64,000 nt of DNA from Histomonas meleagridis 2922-C6/04-290x (taxonomy: Eukaryota > Protista > Parabasalia): contig JAANOX010000280.1 in NCBI GenBank assembly GCA_020184695.1, positions 186,001 to 250,000 on the forward strand, given 5' to 3'. The notes beneath the pieces were generated by a model. That model was not told the DNA's origin. It did no database searches and saw nothing but the letters and a program-made list of their open reading frames with translations. Every line of letters begins with the position of its first letter. Positions within the stretch are counted from its first letter, which is position 1. The position numbers and the translations under genes are program-made. Shown here in pieces: positions 12,301 to 21,600 of this stretch.

Positions 12301-12958
12301 TATAGAAACATTGTAAAAATTGAACTCTATTTTCAGCGGTCACATCACCAAGAAAATTATCAAAGCCTTTGATAGCTGTACGAAATGCTGCTTCACTGAA
12401 CATGGCATATGACATTTGATCAATAAATTCACATGGAGTAAAATCTCCATGAACTTGATGGAAAAGTAATTTAAGTGGGTTAGCACCAAAAGGAATTGCA
12501 TTTGCAATGAAACGTTTCACCGCTGGAATGAAAAGTGAACTATAAACTTCGGGCAATGCATTAAATCTGACTTGGATGATATGAAATATCTGTATACTGC
12601 AAGTGTTTGCGATGTAATTTAACGGTAAAAGTCTTAAGATTTCGCAAAGTACTAATATGTATTTAGCGGGATTTTCAAATGAACCCGATAAAGAAGAAAA
12701 GGCTTGTAACTTCAAACATAGCTCATGAGCAAAAATCCTGAAAACTTCACTAGAATCTTGAAGACAAATCCCTCCTGCATCTGTTACATAAGTTCGATCA
12801 GCTGAAGATAACCAAAGAAGTGGATTAAAAGTAGTGAATGATTCAGGTGAAGGGTCGGATTGAAGAATCTCCTTTTCCATAGATGACAATAACTTATTTA
12901 TAGATGGAAAGGAAGAATTCGACAGATTCTTGGACATCTGAAATTTGCGCAAATTCAT
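6338..12958 (-). CDS. Neurofibromin (NF1/Ira)-like large HEAT/ARM protein with Sec14-PH module and degenerate GAP domain
   Basis: 2206-aa ORF. PH-like YLVFAESSIAVSLTKSFLGTNVLHTLYIGIDTIRSI aligns by eye with NF1 [37 protein letters not shown]. C-terminal LVWVSLFAANHSNTMLRIAANKLL and LNINFERDFYQAFVMSLMR match NF1 C-terminal blocks. Confidence 0.6.
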   Translation of the reverse strand: MNLRKFQMSKNLSNSSFPSINKLLSSMEKEILQSDPSPESFTTFNPLLWLSSADRTYVTDAGGICLQDSSEVFRIFAHELCLKLQAFSSLSGSFENPAKYILVLCEILRLLPLNYIANTCSIQIFHIIQVRFNALPEVYSSLFIPAVKRFIANAIPFGANPLKLLFHQVHGDFTPCEFIDQMSYAMFSEAAFRTAIKGFDNFLGDVTAENRVQFLQCFYKLIYSFYLECPKDHESLIKTGFPEAEALIDKLYKPKSKPEPELIAIICALMPMCHNKLKEATNSKKSHLFVTVAHKVKNAKAKNANKKYYITCGTIELLDAKIISSKIEGSPFNDFYEKHCPKIKQPQITHKLLESFTPEQRLHIYPRSMAIMITNNSDSNSQVSSLLELVKDENGWPYLTQLLQWLMKGYPVENVLNEFPPNIYEKMMFSLNEFMETLKNRNTDSITRTQALENASMIIDLLTNVSPKYTLYSILSAQDVQTYSVDVPMFFNPQSFMKFDIRASDLIQVFHRQVELVKNIIRLLAQTGSTKTNSFTTFLQTFFTFNKLMIEGVKNNIILEEIIEIARTFQEELKVGIRLNSPNLVHFPIIYGMFLHWAYLVLSVTINDNKGKISTEDSRLFLLNNFLLRSLCNDKILDYCEKILGWMYQIYGINEKNAYIRNYIPTENSDIINITQYIFETYIGFVTKLLETKKIQVANIGQPTIYYHVTRAKINSMTPFMLSTINLLSKRNIPSNQSISFEEFFFSTIYSYISVTEVNDNRFAESFEFLNPISTEKFLKIMSQHINQATNEFKYDNPRFWLTIINVMASISSKQKLSKESVGLSVNIISKLFNILQYGSFGDRKTEFAKSLGRYVSLFYTTQDTEIYQNQRLSIIMILFENGLYYGDKSNDKFNEEMLTSVCEPLPQLFDNFNMNETIVNQHIADYSSELKLMKTIIFFLTSLQKFVENLQTIRFINIVQLTLNSILRNNSATAWKVYVYIAKDASTLFQCLLIESLTLLCGMSFSLTSDSYKSLTSTALKTNNSGEQQRKRASTASENDTSLYLNTLLTSARSVRNEQHPFEIEEKEQIYQVLTRNNFELFKKPPSLNHIFIEASILYLFAYNKNLELFKTMAKECNENNLQNDNSISVFFTAWFKLMASKDQTNQIIKLIQTEENIIDFIENFNPTSQFAYYLALFSKLTSTKLATTLFIERYLKKLLQNPVQFDASIKINNKLNIMNYINKLKSSPQFEKLMNTIFNIEEIYINKDSFDTISNDMNIITAFVGLHKTPFDRSEFVFQHPDLSPEDESKLYYSNCIQEIGLIENSRGYFIDLVKIPILKPGIITSYFYKFFEKVDQFQLFINLTLIPKHIVEEFPLIIKNAPTGFISKIRKIVLLNPSILVQNLLMKDILPAELPKSMKDIVVVLNDLSSILTPKDLIYFPEAAFGNISEYRCQVPVKYNGKEAYLVFAESSIAVSLTKSFLGTNVLHTLYIGIDTIRSIVETDNGVEIFFDVHKLDGSVLQNHHLKLPTQYKKYIIQAYELMKCKVGKYIQSSEIVITISSSFRVQMISFSLLLIAQNQATLMNQAIQLFEAAIHSGKPVVNCSVYVADDCTVNMTNLFKEVVEKNLVSDVVENLSLLLKINQSEAALKNLLPLFIEFMNSSDNVPLMYTVLSNLFEISYTNTAYASILTSYFLNDLTSELAIEVAFYLIAQINTIDESQNTITQKFSIARRAAQAFMRKHGSLVGKIVIDTFFDGTICQKCYGDAVNPTKIFSIISKLSFNCPEYVLTNLPLFFFSTIMSGVYTTLELISLVKSCYEAMFCSLLSIFPNSERIINKSRDKILQLLEHPKVLPAIKLIDLVDKLMESFGKDYQKDFRELFNKTLPNDNPSIFYLKTTANIYFTGGTKEIVIDLIKNLPKLFKSIDFSYQKLAICLESIASAIKIISNDMKTIKYLVWVSLFAANHSNTMLRIAANKLLHMCLQCMFEPKQSIESIRNQVSDNNKIKNDIKNLESSLNINFERDFYQAFVMSLMRSIEEIDTRQTTISIFNLCVDNLLDSSEKLIYFVVPLITFGNEDTVKALTQKITNGKPLEEFIFNVISKFGLQESAWLVKVITNFFGQRTCLQSVDCLARVLIYASKKHQIFFVPIVNDLVNRCWKMIETESSLQRIDSISALAAALLGINSTDNKYAVQYDKINFTKMEDAKVNDLISEALELLAKNE

Positions 12959-13434
12959 TCAAAACCTATTTAAATATTCAAACTTTTTTGAAAGTTTACA
13001 TATCACACATTTTTCAAAACACATTTTTCTATGCAACCTATTCAATTGTTTACAACGGACCGTTTGAGATTGTGATTATGCTGTAAAAAGTATTGCTTTA
13101 GAGGGGAGTTATTAGTCAGTTCACATTCATTTTTCTTTTCATCGCAAAAAGTTATTATTTCTTCTTGAGATTGTTGTGAGCACAAATGTTTTTGTAAAGT
13201 GTCTATTGTAATGGTAATGAGTTAACTCTGAGCAAATGAAAAAATGAAATTATCGGAAGTGAGGGAAAAGTTATGTGGTCTTTTGCAATCGGCTTGACAA
13301 ACGATAACGTACGTTGAAAAAGCTATTGTAAACGTTTGAAAATGTCGTCGTTCAAAATTCAAAAAGTTATTCGATTTACGCCCATTCAAAATTCTGAGAG
13401 TGTCATGACGAAATAAATTTATTCTCTGCTTTAT

Positions 13435-14640
13435 TCAATGGAATTCACAGTTGGTGAGCGTGGCTACTGTGATGTTGCCTTGCGGTACACGTAACGGTAC
13501 TCCCTTATAACAGGCTTGTCCTTCAGCATTTATTGTTAATTGATTATTTGAACTTACGGCTTTCCACCACTTTCCTTTGCTATCAACAGATGGTTTGATG
13601 TCAGGGTTAACAAAGTCTCCACAAAGAACACGTGTACCAACAGGTGTATCTGCTGGTGGTGTTAAAAGTTCAACTTTGGAATGATCAGCACTGGATCCAG
13701 CGAAAACCATAGCTTCGGATGGTTGGCCACGTATCTTTCCTGGTTTAATGTTTGTGAAAACGACAACAAGACGATTTTCCATTTCTTCAATTGGAATGTA
13801 CTTACGTACACCAGTAATAACCTTCTTGATGACGCCATCGCCAATATCAATCTCTTCGCAGTAAAGGCTATCAGCATCTGGATGTGGCCAAACTTTAACA
13901 ATTCTTGATACACGAACATCAATCATTTGGAATGGATCACATTCTGGTTCTTTAGGAGCTGCAGGCTTAGGTGCTTGTTGCTTAGCTTGCTTCTTAGCCT
14001 TCCTACCACCTTGTGGTAATTGTTGTTTATTTTGTTGAGGCTGGTTACCGCCTTTTTGTGGGGCACCTTTCTTAGCATTTTTGTTGTGAGATTTGTACTC
14101 TCCCTTTTGTACTTCGATTGGTTGGAATGGATTTCCAAGTTGAGAATTGATAAATAACATCCAACGGACAACATCAACAAAATCTTTCTTCTCTTGGTCA
14201 CGGAACTCCTTAGTAAATGGATAAAGAGCTAAGAATAAGAGAATATCAGCCATTGTTAAAGTATCATTAACTAAATATGTTCTTGTGTTGATATAAGATT
14301 GAATCTGACCAATGATAACTCTTGCATCTCCTCTGCTTGTTTCATTGAAAATTGAGTCAGCGATGGATGTGAATTGTTCAATTAATGCTGATTGTTCAGC
14401 ATCACCATCAGCGAGCAAACGCTTGCTTACAGGCTTGCCACCAGCCTTTGTTGTACGGGCCATTTCATTTGCGATTGAAGCAAAACCATAAATTTCTTTA
14501 TCGCCAACTTTCATAATGGGAATTGTAACTTCGGAATCTTCTGTAATTTCTAATTTAAAGCCAATATATTTTGCAACAATTTCGAATGAGCTTTTATATT
14601 GGTATCCAACTGGAACCTTCACAGACATTAAAGTGGTCAT
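13435..14640 (-). CDS. ARC1: Aminoacyl-tRNA synthetase cofactor Arc1p/AIMP1 (GST-like domain plus OB-fold tRNA-binding domain)
   Basis: DVRVSRIVKVWPHPDADSLYCEEID...NIKPGKIRGQPSEAMV (EMAPII/OB fold); N-terminal GST-C-like RTYLVNDTLTMADILLF. Confidence 0.85.
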   Translation of the reverse strand: MTTLMSVKVPVGYQYKSSFEIVAKYIGFKLEITEDSEVTIPIMKVGDKEIYGFASIANEMARTTKAGGKPVSKRLLADGDAEQSALIEQFTSIADSIFNETSRGDARVIIGQIQSYINTRTYLVNDTLTMADILLFLALYPFTKEFRDQEKKDFVDVVRWMLFINSQLGNPFQPIEVQKGEYKSHNKNAKKGAPQKGGNQPQQNKQQLPQGGRKAKKQAKQQAPKPAAPKEPECDPFQMIDVRVSRIVKVWPHPDADSLYCEEIDIGDGVIKKVITGVRKYIPIEEMENRLVVVFTNIKPGKIRGQPSEAMVFAGSSADHSKVELLTPPADTPVGTRVLCGDFVNPDIKPSVDSKGKWWKAVSSNNQLTINAEGQACYKGVPLRVPQGNITVATLTNCEFH

Positions 14641-14916
14641 TCATTGTATACTTTATAGAGAAAGTGAATTGATTTACATTATTCAATTTTTGATAACGAA
14701 ATAGAATTTTTTCAATGGCAAATTTTGCCCTCAAATTTATCATTTCGATGTTGAAAGTTTCAATTTTCACTTTAATATGATTCAGTGCATAAAGTAAATA
14801 AGTCATTGTATTATAAAAAAATATGATATAAATCTCGTATCTTTTTTTAAAACAGTAAGTTTTGTGCATTCTTAAGATTTGTACATAAAAACTTTTATAA
14901 ACGATTTGAATAAATT

Positions 14917-15534
14917 TTACTGAACAATACAAACTTCTTTTTGACCTTCTTTAGGTGGAGTTGGTTTTTCATCTTTTACTGGTTTTGTTTGGTTTTGTGT
15001 TTCTTTCTTTTCATTTTCAAGTGTTGATAAAACTATATGATCCAAAAGATCATTTATCCCTTCTCCCGTTTGTAAATCAGTTTCAAAGTATTCCATTCCA
15101 AAGCGCTTTGCTTTTTCTTTTCCCTCTTCCTGTGAAATCTCTCGGGGACCAGGGCAAAAAGAGTTTGCAAGCAAAATTTTAACACAATCATCTGGAAATG
15201 AAGGAGAAAGAGCACGGTATCTGGCATCCAATTCATTGAATGTTCTTGTGTTATGTATTTCATAAATAAATATGATAGCTATACTACATCGTATAGAATA
15301 GGATTGAATATGGTGTTCAATCTCCCCGAAGCTTCTTTCAAGGCCATTGGTATCTAAGTATGTTATTTTGACCAACTGATTTTGAGATTTGTAAGTTGAT
15401 TGAAAAATTTGAGTTACAACTGTTTGATGCCCAGGGTCATGTGGATCTCCAATAAAGTAGTATGCAAGCCCTGTTTTTCCTGTGTTGGTAGCTCCTGTAA
15501 TAAATATAGTTATTTTCTTTTCATCTGTTTCCAT
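14917..15534 (-). CDS. Divergent Rab-like small GTPase
   Basis: P-loop GATNTGKT, G3 DTNGLE, degenerate G4 (LANSF) and G5 (ETD), C-terminal CIVQ. ATG at 15534 (the track start is TTG). Confidence 0.75.
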   Translation of the reverse strand: METDEKKITIFITGATNTGKTGLAYYFIGDPHDPGHQTVVTQIFQSTYKSQNQLVKITYLDTNGLERSFGEIEHHIQSYSIRCSIAIIFIYEIHNTRTFNELDARYRALSPSFPDDCVKILLANSFCPGPREISQEEGKEKAKRFGMEYFETDLQTGEGINDLLDHIVLSTLENEKKETQNQTKPVKDEKPTPPKEGQKEVCIVQ

Positions 15535-15679
15535 TTTTCGAAAAATTGAACAAAATATTTTGTCGGATAAACTTCTCAAATATTCACTGCATTTAAGTGT
15601 AATGGCAAAATGACGTTTAACCTTCCCAAAAGTCAAAAAACTTTTTTCTCATTATTTATTTATACATTACAAAGATATA

Positions 15680-16995
15680 AAGGCTAACCCAAAAGGGTTG
15701 GGACAAGCTTTTTCAATTTTAACAGAAAAGTATTCAATTTTGTCCCAACCGCGTGAACGCAGATTGAATACTTTGAGACATGTTAAGTGAAAAATAGCTA
15801 AAATTTTAAATATTTTGTTTTTTATTAATTTTTTTCTGATCGAGTTCAAAGTATAAATATAATTAGGTTGAACCATATATGGTTTGGGCATACGTGCTTT
15901 TTGAAGCATTTTTTGAAATAAAAAATTACAAATCATTACACTTTCATTTAAATTTTCGGATGTACATTGTTGTTCATTTGATTTTTTAAGCTGATTAGAA
16001 AAAACCGAGAATGAGCCAAGAAAGTAGCTATTCCTTGTTTTTCTTCTCTTAATTTCATTATATAATTGTTTCCATGATCAATGGATTTTTTATATAATGA
16101 AACGAGTTTGCGATAACCATTAAGACTGTTTCCCCTGAGAGAGATGCAAGTGCTAAGTCTTGCATCAAATGATTCAATCAGAAGATTGATAGTTTCTATG
16201 GGGATATTGTTCCAAGCTTCAGAAGCAGCTCGATAGAGATCGTCTGCTGTGTGAATTTCTTGGTAATTGATTTTGGATTTAATGATCGACCAACATATCT
16301 CAATGACATTGAGATCCGGGGATGATGATGGCCAGTGAAGATCATCAAATAACATTGTTACTCTCCCTTCTAAGAACAGTTTTGTTGACTTTGCTGTGTG
16401 AGGTCTTGCTCCATCTTGTTGAAAAACAAAACCTTTTGGACCAAATCTGTCATTCAACTTTCCAAAGATTTGGTTTTCTGCCAACATTTTTTGATAGGAT
16501 TCTGCATTCAAATTTCCTTCAATTATGATAAAATTTGATTTGAAGTCCTTTGAAATGCATCCCCAAACCATGATTTTGATGGGATATTCCTCTTTTTCAT
16601 GATATTGTTCGTCACATTGGATACCAGGAAATACCCTAACTTTTCTCTTATATGGTTCTAATGCAATGATGCATTCATCTGAAAAGCACCAAGGCAATAA
16701 ATAATATAATATTTTGGGTATTTCTTTGGCAAAACGAACTCGATATTCTTTTTTATTTTCGGTGAGTTTTTCCTTGGGCTGTTGATATTTAGCTTTGAAG
16801 CCGATTGCTGCTGAAATCCTTTCAACAGTTGACTCAGACATTTTGAATTCATAATCACAACTTAAACTTGAAATTGTTCTATTTGTTATACTAGGGTCTT
16901 ACAAAATATTCATTGCAACAAAATGATATCTAAACTGTGAATAAGGGTCGATAAAAATCTTCTATCGTTTGTCCCAACCCTTTTGGGTTGGGCTT
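15680..16995 (-). mobile_element. Tc1/mariner DNA transposon, 1316 bp, with 27-bp TIRs and TA target-site duplication
   Basis: Left TIR AAGGCTAACCCAAAAGGGTTGGGACAA (15680-15706) and right TIR TTGTCCCAACCCTTTTGGGTTGGGCTT (16969-16995) are 25/27 complementary. TA at 15678-79 and 16996-97. Encloses a DDE transposase. Confidence 0.9.
15948..16898 (-). pseudogene. Tc1-family DDE transposase (DD37E), N-terminally truncated
   Basis: Motifs WCFSDE, IMVWGCIS, FQQDGARPH, WPSSSPDLNVIE. The frame continues upstream of the ATG at 16841 (DPSITNRTIS..) to a TAA at 16899-16901. There is no room for the first HTH before the TIR. Confidence 0.8.
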
Positions 16996-17108
16996 TACAA
17001 CATTTGTATGATATTGAATAATGTAAAACTTTTTAAATTTCAAATTCAAAGAATGAAGATTATTCTCTTTTTTCATTAATATTTTTTTATCCAAATACCA
17101 GCAAAGTG

Positions 17109-18590
17109 TTAAGCTAATCCAGAATCTTTAATAAGTCTCAGTTCTCTAATGTGTCCATTTTTGTATGCATATGCTTTTGCTGTTCTAAATATTTTAAATA
17201 AATATTAAATAAAAAATTTATACATTATTTCTTATAAAAAAACATTAAATTAATAAATTAAATATCTTTCAATTTGGCATTAATTCCTTTTTGTTTTATA
17301 AGTAATAAAACAACTTCAAAGCGTCCATTCATTGCTGATAACATCAAAGGTGTCTTAAATACAATATATAAATTCCGAAAATATTTCTGAAATTGTAAAT
17401 CGCCTAAAAAAACACCATTATAAATAAAACAATATTTTTTTCATTAACATCAATTCCACCATGTTCCAAAAGTAATTCAGCAGCTTCAGCTTTACCATGT
17501 GAGCAGGCAAATAAAAAAGCCGTCCAAAATCAAAGAGTTAAACGTCAAAAAAAGACAAAAAATATCAACAACTTATTTGAAAAAATATTTGTTTTTATAT
17601 TCACATCAATATCTTTGCGTTTAAGAAGAGCCTTAACAACATCAGGATTCCCATTTACGCATGCATACATTAACGCAGTCCAAAAAGATCAAAATAAAAA
17701 CCAAATCAAAATTTAAAATATTTTTATCTTGTATATTTACATCTACTTTTTTATTTTTAAGAATTTCTTGAACTACATCAACATAACCATTTTCACAAGC
17801 TAACATAAGTGCTGTTTTAAATTATTTAAATAAATACCAAACATTTAAAAAAAACATCACTTTAAACAAAAAAATTTCATTTTTAAGATTTGGATCAACT
17901 TCTTCATTATTAATTTCTAAAAGTAATTTAATTAAATTTTGGTTTTTTTGATTGAACAGCTTTAAGTAAAATATCTTTTGGTAATGAAATTTTATTAATA
18001 TATTGTTTAATAAGATATATGTTACCAATTTTTAATGATTTGGATATAATAACATTATTTATATCATATTTTTCTGCGAGAAATGTTAAAATATCATAAT
18101 TTTCATATTCAATACATTTATCAGCATAAATTTCATATTTATTTTTGTATTGTGATGTTTCCGTAATAGAACTAAATATATTAAAAAGAATTTGTGTAAA
18201 ATTTTGGTTACTTAATATTACGTTCTCATTTAAGTTATCATAAAAATAATGGAAAACATAATTTTGATGAAATTCGATTGAAACAGTGTTTCACAAGTTC
18301 TATCAAATGTCGCATAATTTTGTTGACATATACGAATAATTTCTATGTTTCCTCCTGCAATTGCGAATTTTAATGTATTATTTACACGTGCGCCGTTATT
18401 TAATAAATATATAAAACATTTAATTGACCCGAAAAATGCTGAAAAATCAATTAATGACACATTTGGTTTGTTAATAAATGAATATCTTTCATAAAGTGAA
18501 GGCTCAATCAATTGATTTTTATAATTAAAATTATCTTGTGATGCTACTTCTTGTAATTTTTCAATATCATCAATTCGAAGAATTTTTACA
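17109..18590 (-). pseudogene. DUF3447-ankyrin repeat gene, 5'-truncated and frameshifted, with spacer-interrupted ankyrin repeats
   Basis: SLIDFSAFFGSIKCF..AIAGGNIEII (DUF3447). Ankyrin modules KTALMLACENGYVDVV, WTALMYACVNGNPDVV, WTAFLFACSHGKAEAA, KTPLMLSAMNGRFEVV, RTAKAYAYKNGH are separated by AT-rich spacers. Two frameshifts lie upstream (near 18290 and 17945). Confidence 0.8.
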
Positions 18591-18668
18591 TAAAATTATC
18601 AAAAATGAATTTCCAAAATCGAAAACATTATTCTTTACTTTACTTGAAAGCTTTACAAAATAAATCAA

Positions 18669-21600
18669 TCAATTTCCACCATTGAAATCCTGGAACAAAT
18701 TACTTGGCATCTTCAAAAAACTGTCCTTACTTTGCTGTTGTTGTTGTTGTTGTTGACCTTGTTCTTGTATTCCAACGTTTTGATACAATGTTTGTAATGG
18801 ATTTTGAGTTTGGAATTGTGAAGCAGCTATTTGTTGTAACTGCAACATTTGTACAGTTCTTTGTTGGAACAATTGTGCGCTTTGTAATATTTGTAATTGT
18901 TGTTGACTCTTTTGTTGTTGCAAATTTGCGCCATTACTATTACTGTTACTATTTGTTTCTTCAACTTTAGGAACTTTTTTCGGCTCAACTTTTGTATGTT
19001 TTGTTGTTTGTACATTACGTTGTGTTGGCGGCGCGAATTTTCTTTCTACGTAATTCACGCATTTCTTTGCGTCAGGCATTTGCTGTATCAAATAAATTGC
19101 GACAGGTGACGCCAACCCATAATATTCCGGCCCAGAGATAGACAAAGCTCGCGGGTTATTTTCCGTTCTTAACTCCAATATCCGCTTTAATATCAAGTTC
19201 CAAGGCGATGTTGGGGAATTCCCTTCGTAATATATTTCAGGATGTTCATCCATAGTCACTCTAAACAAAGGAACAGGTTCTCCCACGTCCAATATTTCGC
19301 ATGTGTAGCGAACTTTTTTCGTTGGGTCTAATGTCGATGCGTATAAACGTGAAGACTTAAATCCCGCGGGATATATATAACGCTCTGTATGGAATGCGCT
19401 ACGATCAGTTACGATTTTACCTAAACATGAGATGTATGAAGTCGATGTTAAATTAATTGGCATTACTGGTGTACCATCTTCATTATATGCAATGTCGGGC
19501 ACTGGCGTTAATTCTGGTGTACCCGTGTTTTGTGATTTACTTTTAGGTTTAACTGCTTCACGTTCTCGTAATTGTTCTAATGTATTATCATGGATGTAAT
19601 TTAAGACTTGATCTAAGCGACGCATTACACGTGTGTCTAATGTAACAAATGTTGGAGGTGACCCATCAAATACACCATCGAATATCGATGACTTTAATAT
19701 GTCTCCACAGACTCCCCAACCTCTTTTAGAGATTTCTTTAAAGAATTCATACTCCATTTGATTAGTCCATCCACGTGGCACATTCCGCCAACGTGGTAAA
19801 TATTGGAAATATTCTTTAAGAGCTTCTTCCGAATATTCCATAAATGTACGTCGTAATCGTGTTAATGATTGGAATCGTTGTTTAATTCTTCCGGCTGTAA
19901 TTGCAGGACCTGTTGATTCCTTATCATCATCTTTATCTTTCTTCTTTTTCTTACTATTACTTTTATTATTGATTTTCTTTTCAGTATTATTTTCATTATT
20001 AGTTTCATCATTACCATTATTTTGTTTTTCATTGTTATTATTATTATTATCATTTTCGCCAGTGTCCATCATATCATATACAAATTTCTCGACTTGTTCT
20101 TCAGTTTTATCAAAGAATCCACAAATTTCAGTGAACTTTGCCCAATCATAATCACCATTCTCTTTAAGTGGTACACCTGCATGTAACATTTGTTGTAATA
20201 CTGTTGATTTATCTTTTTTACGCCATAAATTAACTTTCGGTCGATAAACATCAGTTGGTATATCATCCGAACTATGTTGTTCTGTAGAATAATATTTCTT
20301 AATACCAGCAGCTAATTTCTTAATTCGTGGTGTTAAATTCATTTGTGGTGCATGTTCAATATTTTGATAGATTTCCATCGATTTATATGTAAATGGTATT
20401 TCAGGATCTGTATGAAATTCATCATAACGTGCAAAACCATATTTCCATGTGCCATATATTAAACATCGATCATCATTAAGTGTCCACCATTCTGCTGGTA
20501 AATTACCTTGACATTTAGGTACTATAATTTGATCGAATTGTCGATTAGCTTTTTCTACTCCCATTGTTACATAATATAATAATTCGATTCTTTTAATCCA
20601 TGCGCCTCCTTTTCGTTGCATTAATTGAACAAAATCTGGATCAATCATTGCTGGTTGTTTCATAAATTCTGCATCTGTAGCTTCTGCATCTTCTAAATTA
20701 ACAAATGATGAATCAAATTCTTTGGTATTAGCTTTCTCTAATAACATTCGTGCAGTTGTATATTGTGTTACATCATTATGATTATATAATAGCCAACGTA
20801 AAAATGCTCGTGCTGCTAACTTAACTTGTAATACTGGGCGTTTTAAGCCACATAATTTTTGCGCTTCTTCCCATCGATCCCATCCATACCATGATAATAA
20901 ATGTTGTAATTTTTCTCGTTCTGTTCTTCTCCATTCTTTAGAACTATCTTCATCTCCAATATCATCCTCAAAATATTGTGATTGAACTCTTCTTCGAGTT
21001 CGCATATAACCATCGTCACTAACTTCTTCTTCTTTATTCTCTGGTTGTTGTGGTAATATTTTAGACCAAAAATTAGGGTCTTCTAAATCAACCGAATTTT
21101 CTTCATCTTCAATATCAAAATTAGCTTTAGAAAATGATGAACCTGCTGCTTCATTATATACCATTACTTTAGATCGACTTAATATTTGATCAATATCTTG
21201 TTCATTAAAGTTTTCTTCTTCAACATCATTTAACATATGATATGCACCTTTCCTTAATAATTGATCGATTTCTTTATTCTTCTCTTTATCTAATATTGCA
21301 TGTCCTAAGCCTAACTTTAATGAAGCAGCTTGAAACATATGTTCTTCATATGTATTCTTTGTTAATAATCGATAAACTTTTACTACTTTTGTTTGTCCAA
21401 TTCTATGACATCGAGCTTGAGCTTGTAAATCATTTTGAGGATTCCAATCGGAATCAAAGATTATTACAGTATCTGCAGAATTTAAATTAATTCCTAATCC
21501 TCCTGCTCTTGTACATAATAAGAAGATAAAGATATCACTATCTTTTGCATTAAATTGATCAATTAATGGTTGTCGAGCTCTTCCTGGTACATTACCATCA

